64,000 nucleotides of DNA, from the NCBI GenBank assembly GCA_964035545.1, contig OZ037767.1:21654628-21718627 (forward strand). The letters run 5' to 3'. Below the pieces are notes generated by a model. The model did not search any database. It was not told where the DNA came from and saw nothing but the letters and a program-made list of their open reading frames with translations. The translations under genes and the position numbers were made by a program. The DNA comes from Bugula neritina (taxonomy: Eukaryota; Animalia; Bryozoa). Of this stretch, positions 43,001 through 56,087 are shown piece by piece. Every line of letters begins with the position of its first letter. Within the stretch, counting starts at the first letter, position 1.

Positions 43001-45977
43001 TCACTTTATAGAACCAAGTCTAAATAAGCCTGTTAATATAGAACAATGCATAGCCTTAGCTACAAGTAATATCATCAACCAACTCACAATAGGCAAGCGC
43101 TTTGACTACTGCAACCAAACCTTCATCACTTTACAGTTGAGTCTACAAGAATACCTTCGAGTGACCATACAGTGCGGGTTGGTAAGCAGCCTTCCTTTGA
43201 GTGATGCCTTCTTAGGACCAATGGTCTCTCGGTTCAACCACCATTACGAGCATTTCTCACTGCCAACAATCTCACAGCTCCTAAAGGAAATGAAAAGTAC
43301 CATGAATGTTGAAGACCCACACTATGTGATGGAAAGGTTTCTGGCTCATTCTCAGCGTCCAGTAGAGATTCAAGATCCAACTTACAGCGGTAAACATAAA
43401 CTGGAGTTATCTCAACGTGCAGGGTACATGCTGCAGTTATGGTGCTGTAATCAGCCTGTAGTGTGCAGACTGTACAATGTTTGGGAAGCTTTAATGTGAC
43501 TAAGCGCATGCATTATGCGCTTTTTCTCATATTGTTCTTCCTGAATAGCAAAAACTTACGGAAGGTGAATATAATACATGAAACATTGATGGATGACACA
43601 GTATCAGCATTAGAGCAAACTATACACAGTTTACAAAATAATGACTTAATTCTTTGCACAATCTCATTTAGCCATCTTTATGTATATTTTTGTATACCTA
43701 CATGATCCATAGACGTTTTAACAATTGCAAGCACTCACTATCGCCCACTATTGTGCACTACTGCTTGTTGTTCATGAAAGTTATGTTTCGTTTAATAACT
43801 TTTAATTTAAGAAAGTACACAGTTTTAATACTCATTTGTGTTTGTAATCTGTTTTAGAAGCCAATGCTCCATATTTCCTCTTCCAGCTGCTTTTAGGAGC
43901 CAGTGACACTACCTCCGCAGCCTTGAGATGGGCGTTTCTTTTCATTGGTTCTAACTTAGAGGTCAAGCTGAAAGTTCAACAGGAAATAGATAATGAATTA
44001 GGTCAGGTGTAACACAATTATCATCCCACAATTAACTTAAACACCTTAAAAGATTTCTAGCAATGCTTGTAACTGTGTAAAATTTAGAATATAAATTATA
44101 GTTTATTGATTATCAAAAATAATGAATAGAGTTAACCTAAATAACAGGCAGTAAGTCTAAAATCAATTAATTATTTTATATGTTACTAGTAAAAACACCA
44201 CTAGAAAGCAATTGTTCTACAGATTATTTTATGAATCATTTTAAATATATATTCTTTAATTATTTATAAATTATTCTATAGATCATTTTACGGATCATTT
44301 TATGGATTCTTCTGCAAATTATATTGTATTTCGCAGGTCAGGATCGGCTGCCCTCCTTCAATGACCTCCAACATATGCCTTATGTAGAGGCTGTGTTACT
44401 TGAGACTCTTCGTAGAGGCAGCATTGGCACTTTGTCTTTGCCTTACACGCTCACCGCTGACTGCGTTGTTAAGGGAAAGGTGTAGTAAACCAATAGTCAT
44501 CACTCTATTAATAGTTGTCACTATATTATTTTATAAAATTTTCAAGTGTGGATGTTTAAGGAAAATAGGAAAATCATACAGTGCAATAGGACTAATTATT
44601 GGAAATCAAAACAATTTTTTATCAAACTTATTCTTTTCTTAAATGATGAGCATTTGGTGGCGAATCCAAGTGATATAATTAAAAGTTGAAATTTTGGTAA
44701 AAGTCGAGTTTATTTGTTGGCGTTGGGCATAAAGGACGAATTACTGCTTTCATTATTATAAAACATGATCTTAAGCAGACTTTGTATAATCTTGATTTAG
44801 TCAAATTAAATCATTTGCAATAATATTGATTTTCAACAAAAGCAGAGCAAACATTTTGCTATTTTTACAGTTGATTCCCGCTGGATCTGATTTGATGATA
44901 AATTTCCTTTCTGTTTTACACGATGAGACAGTTTTTGAACAGCCTTTGAAGTTTAAACCAGAAAGATACCTGACTGGTAATATAGCTTTGAAGAAGCAGA
45001 GAACTATTCCATTTGGCATTGGTGAGTATTGAGTGTATCTTGCATAGCACTTACTGAAATAAAGAATATACACAACTACGTAATATGTACTCTATAACGA
45101 TGAAAGGCTGTATCAAAGATACTTAAATCTATCTTCTTTATTTATTACTTAAATTTCTACTAAAACACTTGCACTTACTAATAATAATTTTTTAATAAAC
45201 ATTTACCCCTGCAGCTACCTACATTTTGACCAATCATAACAATTGGTTTTACTTACATTTTGGTCAAAACACTTCAGATTGAATAAAAAAAGTAGTAGAT
45301 GTACCAAAAACAATTTGCTTCTAATACAATTTTTCATCATAATTCTGCCTGATAAAGCCAACACATATATCAGTTTACACCGTATCACAACACAGCTGTA
45401 CATGTGATCTTTTGGACTGTATTGCATCTCACTTTTCACACTCAGCATTCGAACTGAAATAGCTGCACCATATCATAGCTTGTTATACCTTACAGCTAGT
45501 GTTGTTAACTTCTATTGTGATGATGTTGTACCTCAAGGTAATAATATAGTATTACTATATGTTTTATTAGTATAACATAATGTAATAACACTATAACATA
45601 TTATATATATATCATATTATGTAATATTATACTGTATTACACCATATTTATATGGCTATGCAATTGCTACTATATTGTTGTTATTAATTATTACCATGCT
45701 TGCTAAATATATATAAATTGTGCTGCATTGCTCTATGTTTTTGCCTATTGTGATATCTTGAATACTACCAAACTATAAGATATTTTAATTACCTTTAGGA
45801 AAAAGATCTTGCCCTGGGGAGAGAATTGCTAAAATAGAATTATTTCTATTCTTAGTTAGTATTTTACAGAAGTATGACTTCACCCTAGTAAATCCACTAG
45901 ATTTATCCTACCCTGCTATTGATGTTGGCTCAGTATGCAGTCCATCACCTTATGACATCATATTCACTCAGAGATAA
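40086..45977 (+). CDS. Cytochrome P450, CYP2 clan, copy B, 496 aa (exons 40086-40295, 40860-41013, 42880-43389, 43858-44001, 44337-44479, 44871-45021, 45799-45977)
   Basis: Same 7-exon architecture as copy A, with identical lengths for exons 2, 4, 5 and 6. PGGPTPLPLLGNL, GASDTT, ETLR, FKPERY, FGIGKRSCPG. Confidence 0.93.
41056..41268 (+). mobile_element. tRNA-derived SINE, copy 1 (CYP-B intron 2)
   Basis: Pol III A box TGGTCTAGGGG and B box GATTCGAACCC. Body (GGTGATG..GAGCATCCA..GCCTGATT..GCGACTATAAACT) is shared with 59940-60152. Confidence 0.8.
41797..42144 (+). mobile_element. hAT (Charlie-like) MITE
   Basis: Right end GGCCCTGGGGCCGCCTGTTGGACAGCCCTG; degenerate left end CAAAGGTGACCAAC. 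About 130 bp match 52053-52187 in reverse orientation. Confidence 0.75.
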
Positions 45978-47166
45978 CACAACTTCTCAACTATATGTTC
46001 TACGCAAATATTTGCGTAAATAAAGTGACTGAACTTCACCTATGTTTTACCAAGAAGCACAAATGAAAGCATTGCGTGTTTCTACTAAATCATATACTGC
46101 TCTGTGCTTAGAGGTGCTAGATCGTTATTTTTCTAGATGTCACTTAATTTAACACGGAAAAATAAAAAGCTTTCAACACACACGTGCAACCCAAACAGTA
46201 AATACATTGGCAGATTTCAACAATGGCTATTTTAGTGGACGATGGTGTTATTATTTTTTCCTACTGTATAAGTTTCAGCAGCTTTTCACAACCTACTAGT
46301 TTGTCATGCGTATGGTTTATTAGATTTGATGTTGTATTTAAAAGATATATTTGGATATTGCACATATTATTGTAATAACTGCATTCTTTATTCATCTAAT
46401 ATATAGAAATACATTTTAAACTAAATCTTATAATTTATGATAAACTCAACAAAAATGACATTTTATTCTCAACATTAATTATGTTGACTTCAATAACAGA
46501 TATTGTGGGCTAATAACATCACAATACGAGAAAGAGAAGATAATTGGTTTTTCCAAAACATTAATGCTTTTAATGTTTATTGGTACTGCATGGTTACAAA
46601 ATAAAACTGTATATTTTTGCTGGAGAACATTTATTTATTTTTGTTATATATTAAAAATTGATTATAATAGTTATTTTAAATATATTTATGAAACTATACC
46701 ATTCTATGCCACCCGCTGTTGTCTCCAGTTGATCAAATTGTGCAAATTTTCATCATATTCTTTTTTGAGCAATAGTTTTTCACATGCTACACCATAAAAA
46801 ATTGAGATCACTTTTGTATGGTGCAGCATGTGAAAATTAACTATTTACAAGATGTTAAATCTTCCATGCTATAACTAGTGCCAACTAGTGGTCAACTTTT
46901 CTATTATTCATTACTTTTGGCCTTCACTTCATTATACTCAGTGCATTATAATGTCATCTTTTTTTAGACAATTTTAGAACTACTCTGAAAAGGAATTTCA
47001 TTCTGCCAAACTAAACTATAATGAGTGAGGAACTCATAATAGTTCTTAATCTAATTTGTTTACGGACCCGCACAGCTCATATTTTATAATTAGGTTTCCA
47101 CGGAGACTCTGGCTGAGCATAAACTTGTATGCACAGGAAGATATTTATCTACAACAGAACATGACA

Positions 47167-47187
47167 TAATATATATATACATATATA

Positions 47188-47264
<77 letters not shown>

Positions 47265-47407
47265 TATATGTGTGTGTATAAGTGTATGTACATGTATAAT
47301 ATGTGTATGTATGTGTATATATATATGTATTTGTGTATATGTGTGTGTGTATATATATATGTATATGCGTGTGTGTGTGTGTGTATATATGTATGTATAT
47401 ATGTATG

Positions 47408-47493
<86 letters not shown>

Positions 47494-47512
47494 CATACAT
47501 ATATATATATAT
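47167..47512. repeat. Compound (TA)n/(TG)n microsatellite
   Basis: Directly visible; a further (TA)n tract lies at ~47678-47721. Confidence 0.98.
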
Positions 47513-47675
47513 ACTGCTGGAAGAGAACATAATCTTGGTAATTAAAAAACTAAGTATGAGAATGTGGCAGTATGTTTCGAAATATTAATAGTACTAGTAG
47601 AATTTCCACCATGCTGATATGCTAAATACTATGTATTTCACGAGCATACAATGTAAAATTCAATTTACATTAGGA

Positions 47676-47725
<50 letters not shown>

Positions 47726-47985
47726 AAAGCTGTAATACAACAACTAAATATGATACAGAATGGAAACATGATTATAATAAATCTCCGACTTTCAAAAGAA
47801 AAAAATGTTATTTGCTTATAGTGACGCTATTATGAGATAACGCTTCATATTATTTTTAGTTTTTCCAGTTTTATTATAATTCTAAAACAATATATTTGTT
47901 ATAGCTATAGTATATATACAAAGAAATATCAAAATATTATTTGCATAAATGCTCGCACACAAATGGAAACCCCCTATTGCAATTA

Positions 47986-50900
47986 TTACTTAGGAGCTAA
48001 GGCTGTTATCTTGTTCATCCCCTTTGCACCCTTAGAGTCAACATAGTAGTGCTGTCCATTAGGGTGTCTTCTCATGCCATCTGGGAGTTGTTTGTTGTTA
48101 GGGAGTTTTCTCTCTCTAACGGAATCAACTCTCTTTGACTGGGCTCGGTTTCTCTTGGGCACACCTATGTAGCACAAAGCAATGACTAAATATGCTCGAA
48201 GTAGGAAGAAAAATAATTGTAGTTTGTCAAATATAATGTCAAAGCTATTTGAATTCATAATTTATTCCAAAAGGTTGTCTGACCACACAGCGAATTGCAA
48301 AGTTTTAGCCGTTGACACCAATCATTCTTTTATTTGCAAAAGCAAAAAATTGCTAATAATTGCCGAGATAAATATAGAATCAGTATAGCTCAATGGGGTC
48401 TAGAATTTCTGCAGAAGAACTTAGTAATATTTACTGTAAAATTTGCACCAGCTGTAGTTGTAATTTGCATACAAAAAAGCAATCCGCTGTACACAAAAGA
48501 ACAACATCAATTACCTGCCTTTATTAATTACTTTACCTAGTTATTTCTTGCATTTATTAATTTAGTTAATACATTCAATAATTACCTGCAGGATTTTTAT
48601 TAGTCTTCACTTCTTTTACAACCTTTTCTCGTTTTTTCCTGCAACAAAAATATTTTTAGAAATTGACAACTAGAAATGAATAAATTTACATGTGTATATG
48701 ATATGAAAGTATGTCTGATAGAGTTTTCTTCTCTTATATTTAAGCACACTGTCCTCATACTGTTTTGAAAAGAGTTGTATTTGCCATCTAATACATGATA
48801 TTTATAAATTTTTTACAACATTCTGCACTACAGTGCTCCCCCCCCCATATCTCACGGTTCCATTTCTCACGAAATCTTATAGGTCACAAGAAAGGCTTGC
48901 ACCCCCATTTTGTGGCTTATGTATGTGTGTATAGGAACAGAATGTTATGAATTGAGATTTTGAGACCCACAGCCTCGTGAAATATGAAGGGAGCTCTGCA
49001 CTTGCATTTCTCACCATCAGCACAATTCATAGTGCATAGACGCGCACACTGCACACAAACGGGTGTAAATCAAATTTACAAGTAAGCCAATATTAGAGAG
49101 TGGAGGCAAATACCCACATGTTCTCCTTGCCATGAGTTGGTTCTTTCTTACAGCAAAAAGAAAACTTAGCTAGACACAACTCATCAGCCACGATAGTTGG
49201 GTCAGTGATGGACCCCTGTTCACAGTCACCTTCCGGCATGCTCTTTCTGTAGTCCTTACCAGCCTGACAGCATTTTCCTACAGCACATCAACATAAAGTA
49301 ATGCAAATCAGGAACTAAGCTAACAAGTACTTGCCAACAATTTGAGTAAGAAGAGAGGTACAATCAGGTTAGCCTACTATCTTTCAAACACTTACTAGAG
49401 TTTTGCTTATTAGATTTTGATTTGGCAAAAGTCACTTCTAGCTTTGCCTGCTTCTCGTGTATTTCAATCTGTTGGCCAGTTTCATCTGGTATTTCTGGTA
49501 TTTCCTCATCCAGCTCAAGCTCAACATTCCTGTTAATTTAAATATCAACTTTCAATAACATTAATTGCTATCAAAAAGGGGCGGAGAGGAGGGAACAAAA
49601 GTATGTACTGGACATACCATGAAATTCCCTCACTATACTAAACTTGTTCATATAGCCAAGTAGATACATAATACTTACATAGATAAATCGTCCAACTTAA
49701 TGTTCTTTCTGCTTGATTTACTATTCTTGTTTTTGGTAAACTTCTTGTTACTCTTTTTAGAATGAGACAATTCCTTTTTGGGAGTTGTCTTCACTTTACT
49801 GACTGCTTTTTGCCCATGAGTCATCTGTTTGTAGCTTGACTTTTTATTCAAAGCCTTCTTCATTCCATGTTTTTTGCCCTTTCCCCTGGAAATAGAAATA
49901 ATGACATAAGACACACTAAATAGAATATACTCCTGCAACCAGTTGATAAACGATTTATAAATGCAAGTTGCCTACCCCCATGGCCAAGTAATCCAGTCAA
50001 AAGTAAAAATTAATATCTAATAATCACATATCTTGATCTATACCCAGGTTGTGTGACAAATTTAAACAATTTGATTTGCTGAGATATTAATAAGTTTATG
50101 AATGTTGCAGCTACCTGCAGGTGTCAAAAGATGTCATTATAGAAGCACTGATTGGTTAAATCATATTCACTATCTCCAGTAGACTAACCAAACCTAGTAG
50201 TTTATTTATGTTGACTTCTTTCAGTAAACAAATTTATTTATACAGGCTGGCTGATGTTAGGGAAGTTTTGCTAATTTTAGCAAACAACCCTAAAGCTAGA
50301 TTTGGCTTGTCTCCAACATTTTCATCACAAGACATTAATTTTGCAAAAATAGACACCATAAATACATTGTTACCATGCACCGTATTGATAGTAACAGAAG
50401 GTGAGATTTTGATTCGTGGCTATAAAAATTGAAACATATCAAAGCATCTAAAATCAACCAGACACCCTAGAGCAGGCAGGGGTGGGCAAGAGAAGTAGAA
50501 ACTGTTTTGCACATTCTGATTAGCACAGCATAGGCTTGATGGAAAATTACTTTATTATAATAAAATTTAATAAGTGTACAATCTTGTGGCCCTTCGTTTT
50601 GTCCGACTTCTAAACTTGATCCCCATGCAAAAGAAGTTGCCCCCCCTGCCCTAAGTTGAATTATATTAGATCTTATCTCATATTTATGACTTAATTAGAG
50701 TTTACTAATATAGTGATAACACTAACAGGATCTGCGTACAAGCTATTATTTATACTGTAAATTAAGTAGGCTACACACATACAACACATTAAGTATACAC
50801 ACCGCTTCTTATCTCCTCTGATTTTTTCACAACACTTGGCATGTATTTGCATGCACTTCTTGGAAACAGCAGAGCCTTTGAAATTCTTAAACACTGCGCG

Positions 50901-53697
50901 TGGCAGATAACATCTTTTCTCTGGCATCATTTCCCCAAAGATTATTCCAGTGGAGCAGCACAAACTGCTGTTCTTTTGATCTAAATAATAGTATGCACTT
51001 GGACTTTGGAATTGACTGTACCACAGTAAAATGACTCATTGCTCAGATTTGAAGAATAAGGTCAAAAAAATTGCAGTGCAAATAACGGAAAGGTTCAACA
51101 AAATCTTAAAATGTATAAAACTTGGGACATTTGCTGAATTCTGCTGATATTTGGCAGCATAACATAAGAGGTGAGATTGCTTGATATCTACACATGCATT
51201 ATTTATAAGACAAAGCAATCATATATGTCTCTAGCAAGTGGCAACTATAAGTACTTTGCTGCAATTGGATGGAGGCACCAAGAATCTTCACTGCTTAGAA
51301 TCTAGATTGTGCAATGTTGCAGTAACTAGATAGATAAAAATAATTAGCTAGATAAAAATTGTTGGTTTGCTCTACTTTTTTCCAGTGTGTCTTTAGCGCA
51401 TATTTTTTCTTAGGAGAATTATTCACCCCTTGAGCTTTTTCCTGTTGTACTCATTAGGCCTTGAAACAAGCCATTAAGGAGTACCACTGCCTGCTACTTC
51501 CTTGTTATCAGTAGAGAGAGCAAATTTTGAAGTCATGTGTGGTGTACATAATTTAAATATATTACTTTCTATTTAAACTTTGAAAGCAGTTTTCTGATTT
51601 GATGGTTAAAGTGCTATGAATTTTGAGCTTTTATATTGGTATGCAAAAAGATTGTTAAATAATCGAAATTCAATATATTTATCATAATATATCACAGCAT
51701 TAAAAATGAATACATAATTTTTGCTTAGCACTCCGTATTTTTTGAAGTTATCATTTCTTTCTTGAATGGAACAGCAATATAATATAGATGTGCCAAAATA
51801 TGAATTAATGCAGACTTTGAAACTTTTCAGACAATAAATGCTGACTTCTCCAACACATGTTACTTTTTATTCAAAGCAAAGGTTTTAGTGACATTGGGCT
51901 TTGAAGTTATAATACGATAGAAATTTATTTATTGAATGATTAGACTTCAACATCATTATCACAAGATGAACACTAGCCAACTTCGACCAGGAATCTTGTA
52001 TGCAGAAGGTTAGTCAGCTGTGAAATGAAAACTAGAGTTGGCTTTATCTAAGCCTGGGCTGTCCAACAGGTGGCCCCAGGGCCAGATGCGGGCCCCCAGC
52101 CTACATTTACGTGGCCCTCAAAGGCATAAGAAATAAAATTATTTTTCAAACATATGAATTAGAGTGGAAAACCATCTTTTAAATGTGCTATTTATACTAG
52201 TGTGTCACTTACTGGTGCACTCTGGAATTCACAAAGTTTTTGATTGTAACAGCCTTAAGACTTTAGACAAGAAATTTACACGTTACTCACCTTCAATCTC
52301 CTCAACTGTTGAGTTGGAAATCAGACTATCGGCCAAGTCACTTATTATTACATCATCTAAGTCAGTTTTGTCATCTTTCAAGGCTACAGCCACACGACTC
52401 TTTAATTTCAACATAACCATGTTAATCTGTAAATACAACTTTTTATATACGTACATCAACTATAACTTCAATATACTTCTATTATCTACAGTAGGTAGGT
52501 CTCTATAGCTTAGTTCAATTTAAATTTTCAACAGATTTTGTTTAAACATTAGTCAATCATCAGCAAGGTTTAATTTGTTGGAGCTGATGAAGAAATATCA
52601 ACATATATGATCTGTAAATTGAAGCCAGGGTTGTTTAGATGACAGATCCAGTTCTAAGTGACACTTTTACTGCTATTATACTGATAAACTAAGTTATTTT
52701 GGTTTATTCAGTAATTCATTTAAATGAATTGATTTTTAAGCCATTAGTTGTCAAAGGTTTATGCCAAGTTCCCAGCTTCTCCAGGAAAGTAAACCGACTC
52801 ACAGCGTCGTCATCAGTCATGTTTGCCAGGTCCTCCATTTCTATCACTTCAGGGGCTGCAGGTTTGGTTAGTTTGAAAAATTTCGTTCTCATTCTGGCTC
52901 CATCAGAAAGTTTGCCACTTTTAGCTTTGCCTATAATTTAAAAGAGAATAAATACGTATTCTAATTTTATGTTAAAAAGAATTATCAGATAGACTGGACA
53001 AATCAAACTTCTTATTTGAGAAAAAAATTAGACTCCCAAGTGTTTTTTCCATTGTACTACTACCAGTTCTATCATAATCGCAATTCCAATTAATAGCAAG
53101 AAATGATGCAGCTGTATCAAAAATAAAGCCAACAGATTCTAACCTAGCATTTTGACACACTGATACAATCAAGTTGATAATCAGAAGTTTAAGGTTTGGC
53201 TGAGCAAAACATTATGATTACACTGTTTTCATTGTGTTACTATAGAAGAACCTATAATACTAATTCAGTAATTGTAATACTAGTGGACAATTTTTGGTAA
53301 TCACTATAATTAATATTATAATAATAATAGTTCAACTAGATTAAATTTTATGTTTTGAAGATATCCAACATCCAGGAAAATAAATGATAGTTTATGAGGT
53401 AGGTGCTGTAAAACTAAATCAAAATGTAATGGAAATATTGAGAAAGCCTGTGTTCTAGATTAAAAATGTAGCAAAAGTTACGCTCTAGAATTCTCTAGAA
53501 TTTCAACCCGTGCTCCAAACCAAAATATCTGCAATTTGCAATTTGGTTGACTACACTTACAGCCTACACTTTCACTATCACTATGACTATCAAAAAACAT
53601 AAAATAATATCTTGGACTTACCCAACTTTGTGGAATCTTTAGAAGAAACCACAAACAGTAACAGAGAAAGTGTGAAGAGAATATAATACCCGCGCAT
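47986..53697 (-). CDS. Predicted secreted Lys-rich protein with two anaphylatoxin-like (fibulin/C3a-type) modules, ~416 aa (exons 53697-53622, 52930-52803, 52426-52291, 50980-50803, 49885-49679, 49529-49396, 49277-49118, 48638-48586, 48164-47986)
   Basis: Nine exons join with GT-AG introns and consistent phases (1,0,1,2,2,1,2,1) with no stop. Signal peptide MRGYYILFTLSLLLFVVSS. Two CC-x2-G-x11-C-x15/18-C-x6-CC modules. The last exon is uncertain (possible further exon 46984-46954). Confidence 0.8.
48831..48998 (+). mobile_element. Tc1/mariner-like MITE (a truncated relative lies at ~54157-54288)
   Basis: TA-CAGTGCTCCC...ATATCTCACG / CGTGAAATATGAAGGGAGCTCTG inverted ends. Internal CTCACGGTTCC and TTTTGTGGCTTAT are shared with the 54.2-kb copy. 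Confidence 0.7.
50476..50648. mobile_element. hAT-type MITE
   Basis: TIRs CAGGGGTGGGCAA...TTGCCCCCCCCTG. Confidence 0.7.
52053..52187 (-). mobile_element. Truncated hAT MITE, same family as 41797-42144
   Basis: GGGCTGTCCAACAGGTGGCCCCAGGGCC...CCCAGCCTACATTTA.GTGGCCCTCAAAGG matches the reverse complement of 42010-42144. Confidence 0.8.
53396..53527 (-). mobile_element. MITE family A, copy 2 (partial, inverted)
   Basis: TTGAGAAAGCCTGTGTTCTAGATTAAAAATGTAGCAAAAG...AATTTCAACCC...CCAAACCAAAAT. Confidence 0.75.
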
Positions 53698-55930
53698 TGT
53701 GTAGGAATCTGTTATCGTTAAAACACTGCAACTTCAGTGTAACAAAGCCGTGAGTGTTATCAGAGAGTAAAACAGGCTCCGCTGATGTGCCGCCTGTGAC
53801 TACAGCTCTGAACGAATAACTGACACTTTCATAGAGTTCACTCGCTACGTCACAGTTTATTTACACAATAGTGTTTATGATTGGTTGGTGCTCTCCGTCT
53901 AAAATACACTGCTTATACGGAACTGCTCCCTTGTATGCTATCTAGCTCAGCCACTACTACAGGCTGCAGTTATAAGAAACCATTACTAAATCAATTCAAC
54001 ACAAAGAAATCATTTTTCATGATTATATGGATGGTTTTCAAGTGTTGGATCACAGCAATGATACAACCAACATTGTTGATTAGGATGTGCTCCTTTTGTC
54101 ACTCTACAATTAAATACCAAATGTTGAATTTTTAGATGTTTACTGTAAAAGCTGTAAAAGCTCTCCCTCTGTACCTCACGGTTCCTTTCTTGCAAAATTT
54201 CTTAGACCACGAGAAGGGCCAAAACCTGTTTTGTGGCTTATTTATGTGCGTGTGTGTGTGTGTGTGTGTGTGTATATAGGGACAAAATAACCAAATCTAA
54301 TAGATCCACCAGTTAAATCTGTTATTTTACTATGAAACGAATTGGGGTGAAATCTGGAGTGAGTTTGCACTAAGTATTTCAAAATCTGAAATTGGTTGAA
54401 TTCAAAGATTTGCAGCAAGCCAACTAACTTTTTTAAACTTTTGTAATTCAATAATAACGGTATAACCACTGCTTACAAACTATAACATTCAGAATTGTTA
54501 TCAAAGTTTCAACATAATTTAGTAAATTACTGTCTCAAGTCAATGTAATTATACAGTCATACTCTTGTCAGATAAAGAATTTGCTGATAACAAAACCATG
54601 TTTGTAGAGTTGAATCACCAACTTGAAATAGCTTAGGAAAAGCAGGAGTTGGCCTTACGAAACAATAGATTCATGCTTCAACTGCACACCATATGAGCAA
54701 TCGTATTGAACTAGTAATTTGCCACCCACAAACTTATGTCACTGGTAAAACTATCCAAGATTTTATTACTTGCGTCTGTTTTCAATCAGAGCTGTTGCTT
54801 TGAATTAGTTACTTATTTGCTATCTAAATTTCGAGTGGAAACAATACTACCCTTGAAAGATATCTTTATAGGACCTTATGCCATATCTGGTTACTGAATT
54901 ATTCAAGTAATAATATTAATCAAAAGTGGCACCATCTGTACTAGTCTCTTTCAAATAAAATCTTGTGAGTACAGCTTTGATGAGAGCTGAGTGCATCCTC
55001 AGCCTGTCTTGCTAAGTTAACTCTAGCAAATAAGAGCAGAAAACGAGGTTTTCGAAGAATTATTCCCAAATGAAAGTTTGGTTGCAAATAAACGGAAAAT
55101 TGAAGCTATGCTTTGTTCAGTGTTATACTTATAATAGATTATTACGGTACGTATACAATACAGCCTTAGGTGATAAGCCTGCACTTGTTGAGCTGTAGAA
55201 AGCCAGTTTACGGTTGCAACTTAAATTAATAGAAAACACATTTGTTGCCTATCATTCATCACATATGCATAGCCTTCAATTATACACTCCAGCTGCTAGC
55301 TATGCTAAGAACTGGTAAACAAAGTATTATATAACTATATCAATTTTGAGAAGACAACTACCACCATAATCAAGTTAAGGTACAAATAATATAGAACACA
55401 ATCTATAGAGCTATTGCGTATTATAGCTATATTATACTAGGGTGTACGGTGTACCATATATTTGTATATACATGTATATCACTCTAGGGTAGGCTACCTC
55501 TATCAGACCCTATTAGTTGCCCTGTAATTACAATGTTACGTTCATCACCAGTAGTTTATGGTCAAAAACTCTTTCATGTGTACAAGCATCTATTCTATGC
55601 TATTCATACTCCTCATGATTCTACTCACCATGTATACAAGTTGCAATGGTATACTCTGCTACAAATTAATGTTATATTAAGCTACACATTGACCTTTATG
55701 CTTTAGATATATTCTGGAGATGACATAGCAGGGTGTTGGGAGTATTTATACAGGTCAGATAACTTTTGCAGCCTCTGTTAATCCAACATCATATACCTAT
55801 GATGGCTTGAGAGCTAGACAAAGTGGTGAGGTAAAGATAAACTTGAAGAAAAGCTCTGTATGCCAGTAATTCTTGGTAAAAATGCAATGCTCTCTTTAAA
55901 ATGAACAAATAATGAGACATTAATCTTAAA

Positions 55931-56087
55931 GAGCAGTAGCAGAGAAATTGAGATAGCCTAAATTCTTTAAATTTCTTTACAAATTTTGGTTTGGGGCTCG
56001 GGTTGAAATTCTTGCACATGGCATAACTTCTGCTACATTTTTAATATAGAACACAGGCTTTTCTCAATTTCTCCATTACTACACCTA
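55931..56087 (+). mobile_element. MITE family A, copy 3 (best preserved)
   Basis: Left GCAGTAGCAGAGAAATTGAGATAGCCT versus right AGGCTTTTCTCAATTTCTCCATTACTAC: imperfect TIR of about 27 bp. Confidence 0.82.

Noticed and set aside
47090-47588. Six ORFs of (YI)n
   Set aside because: Translation of a (TA)n/(TG)n microsatellite.
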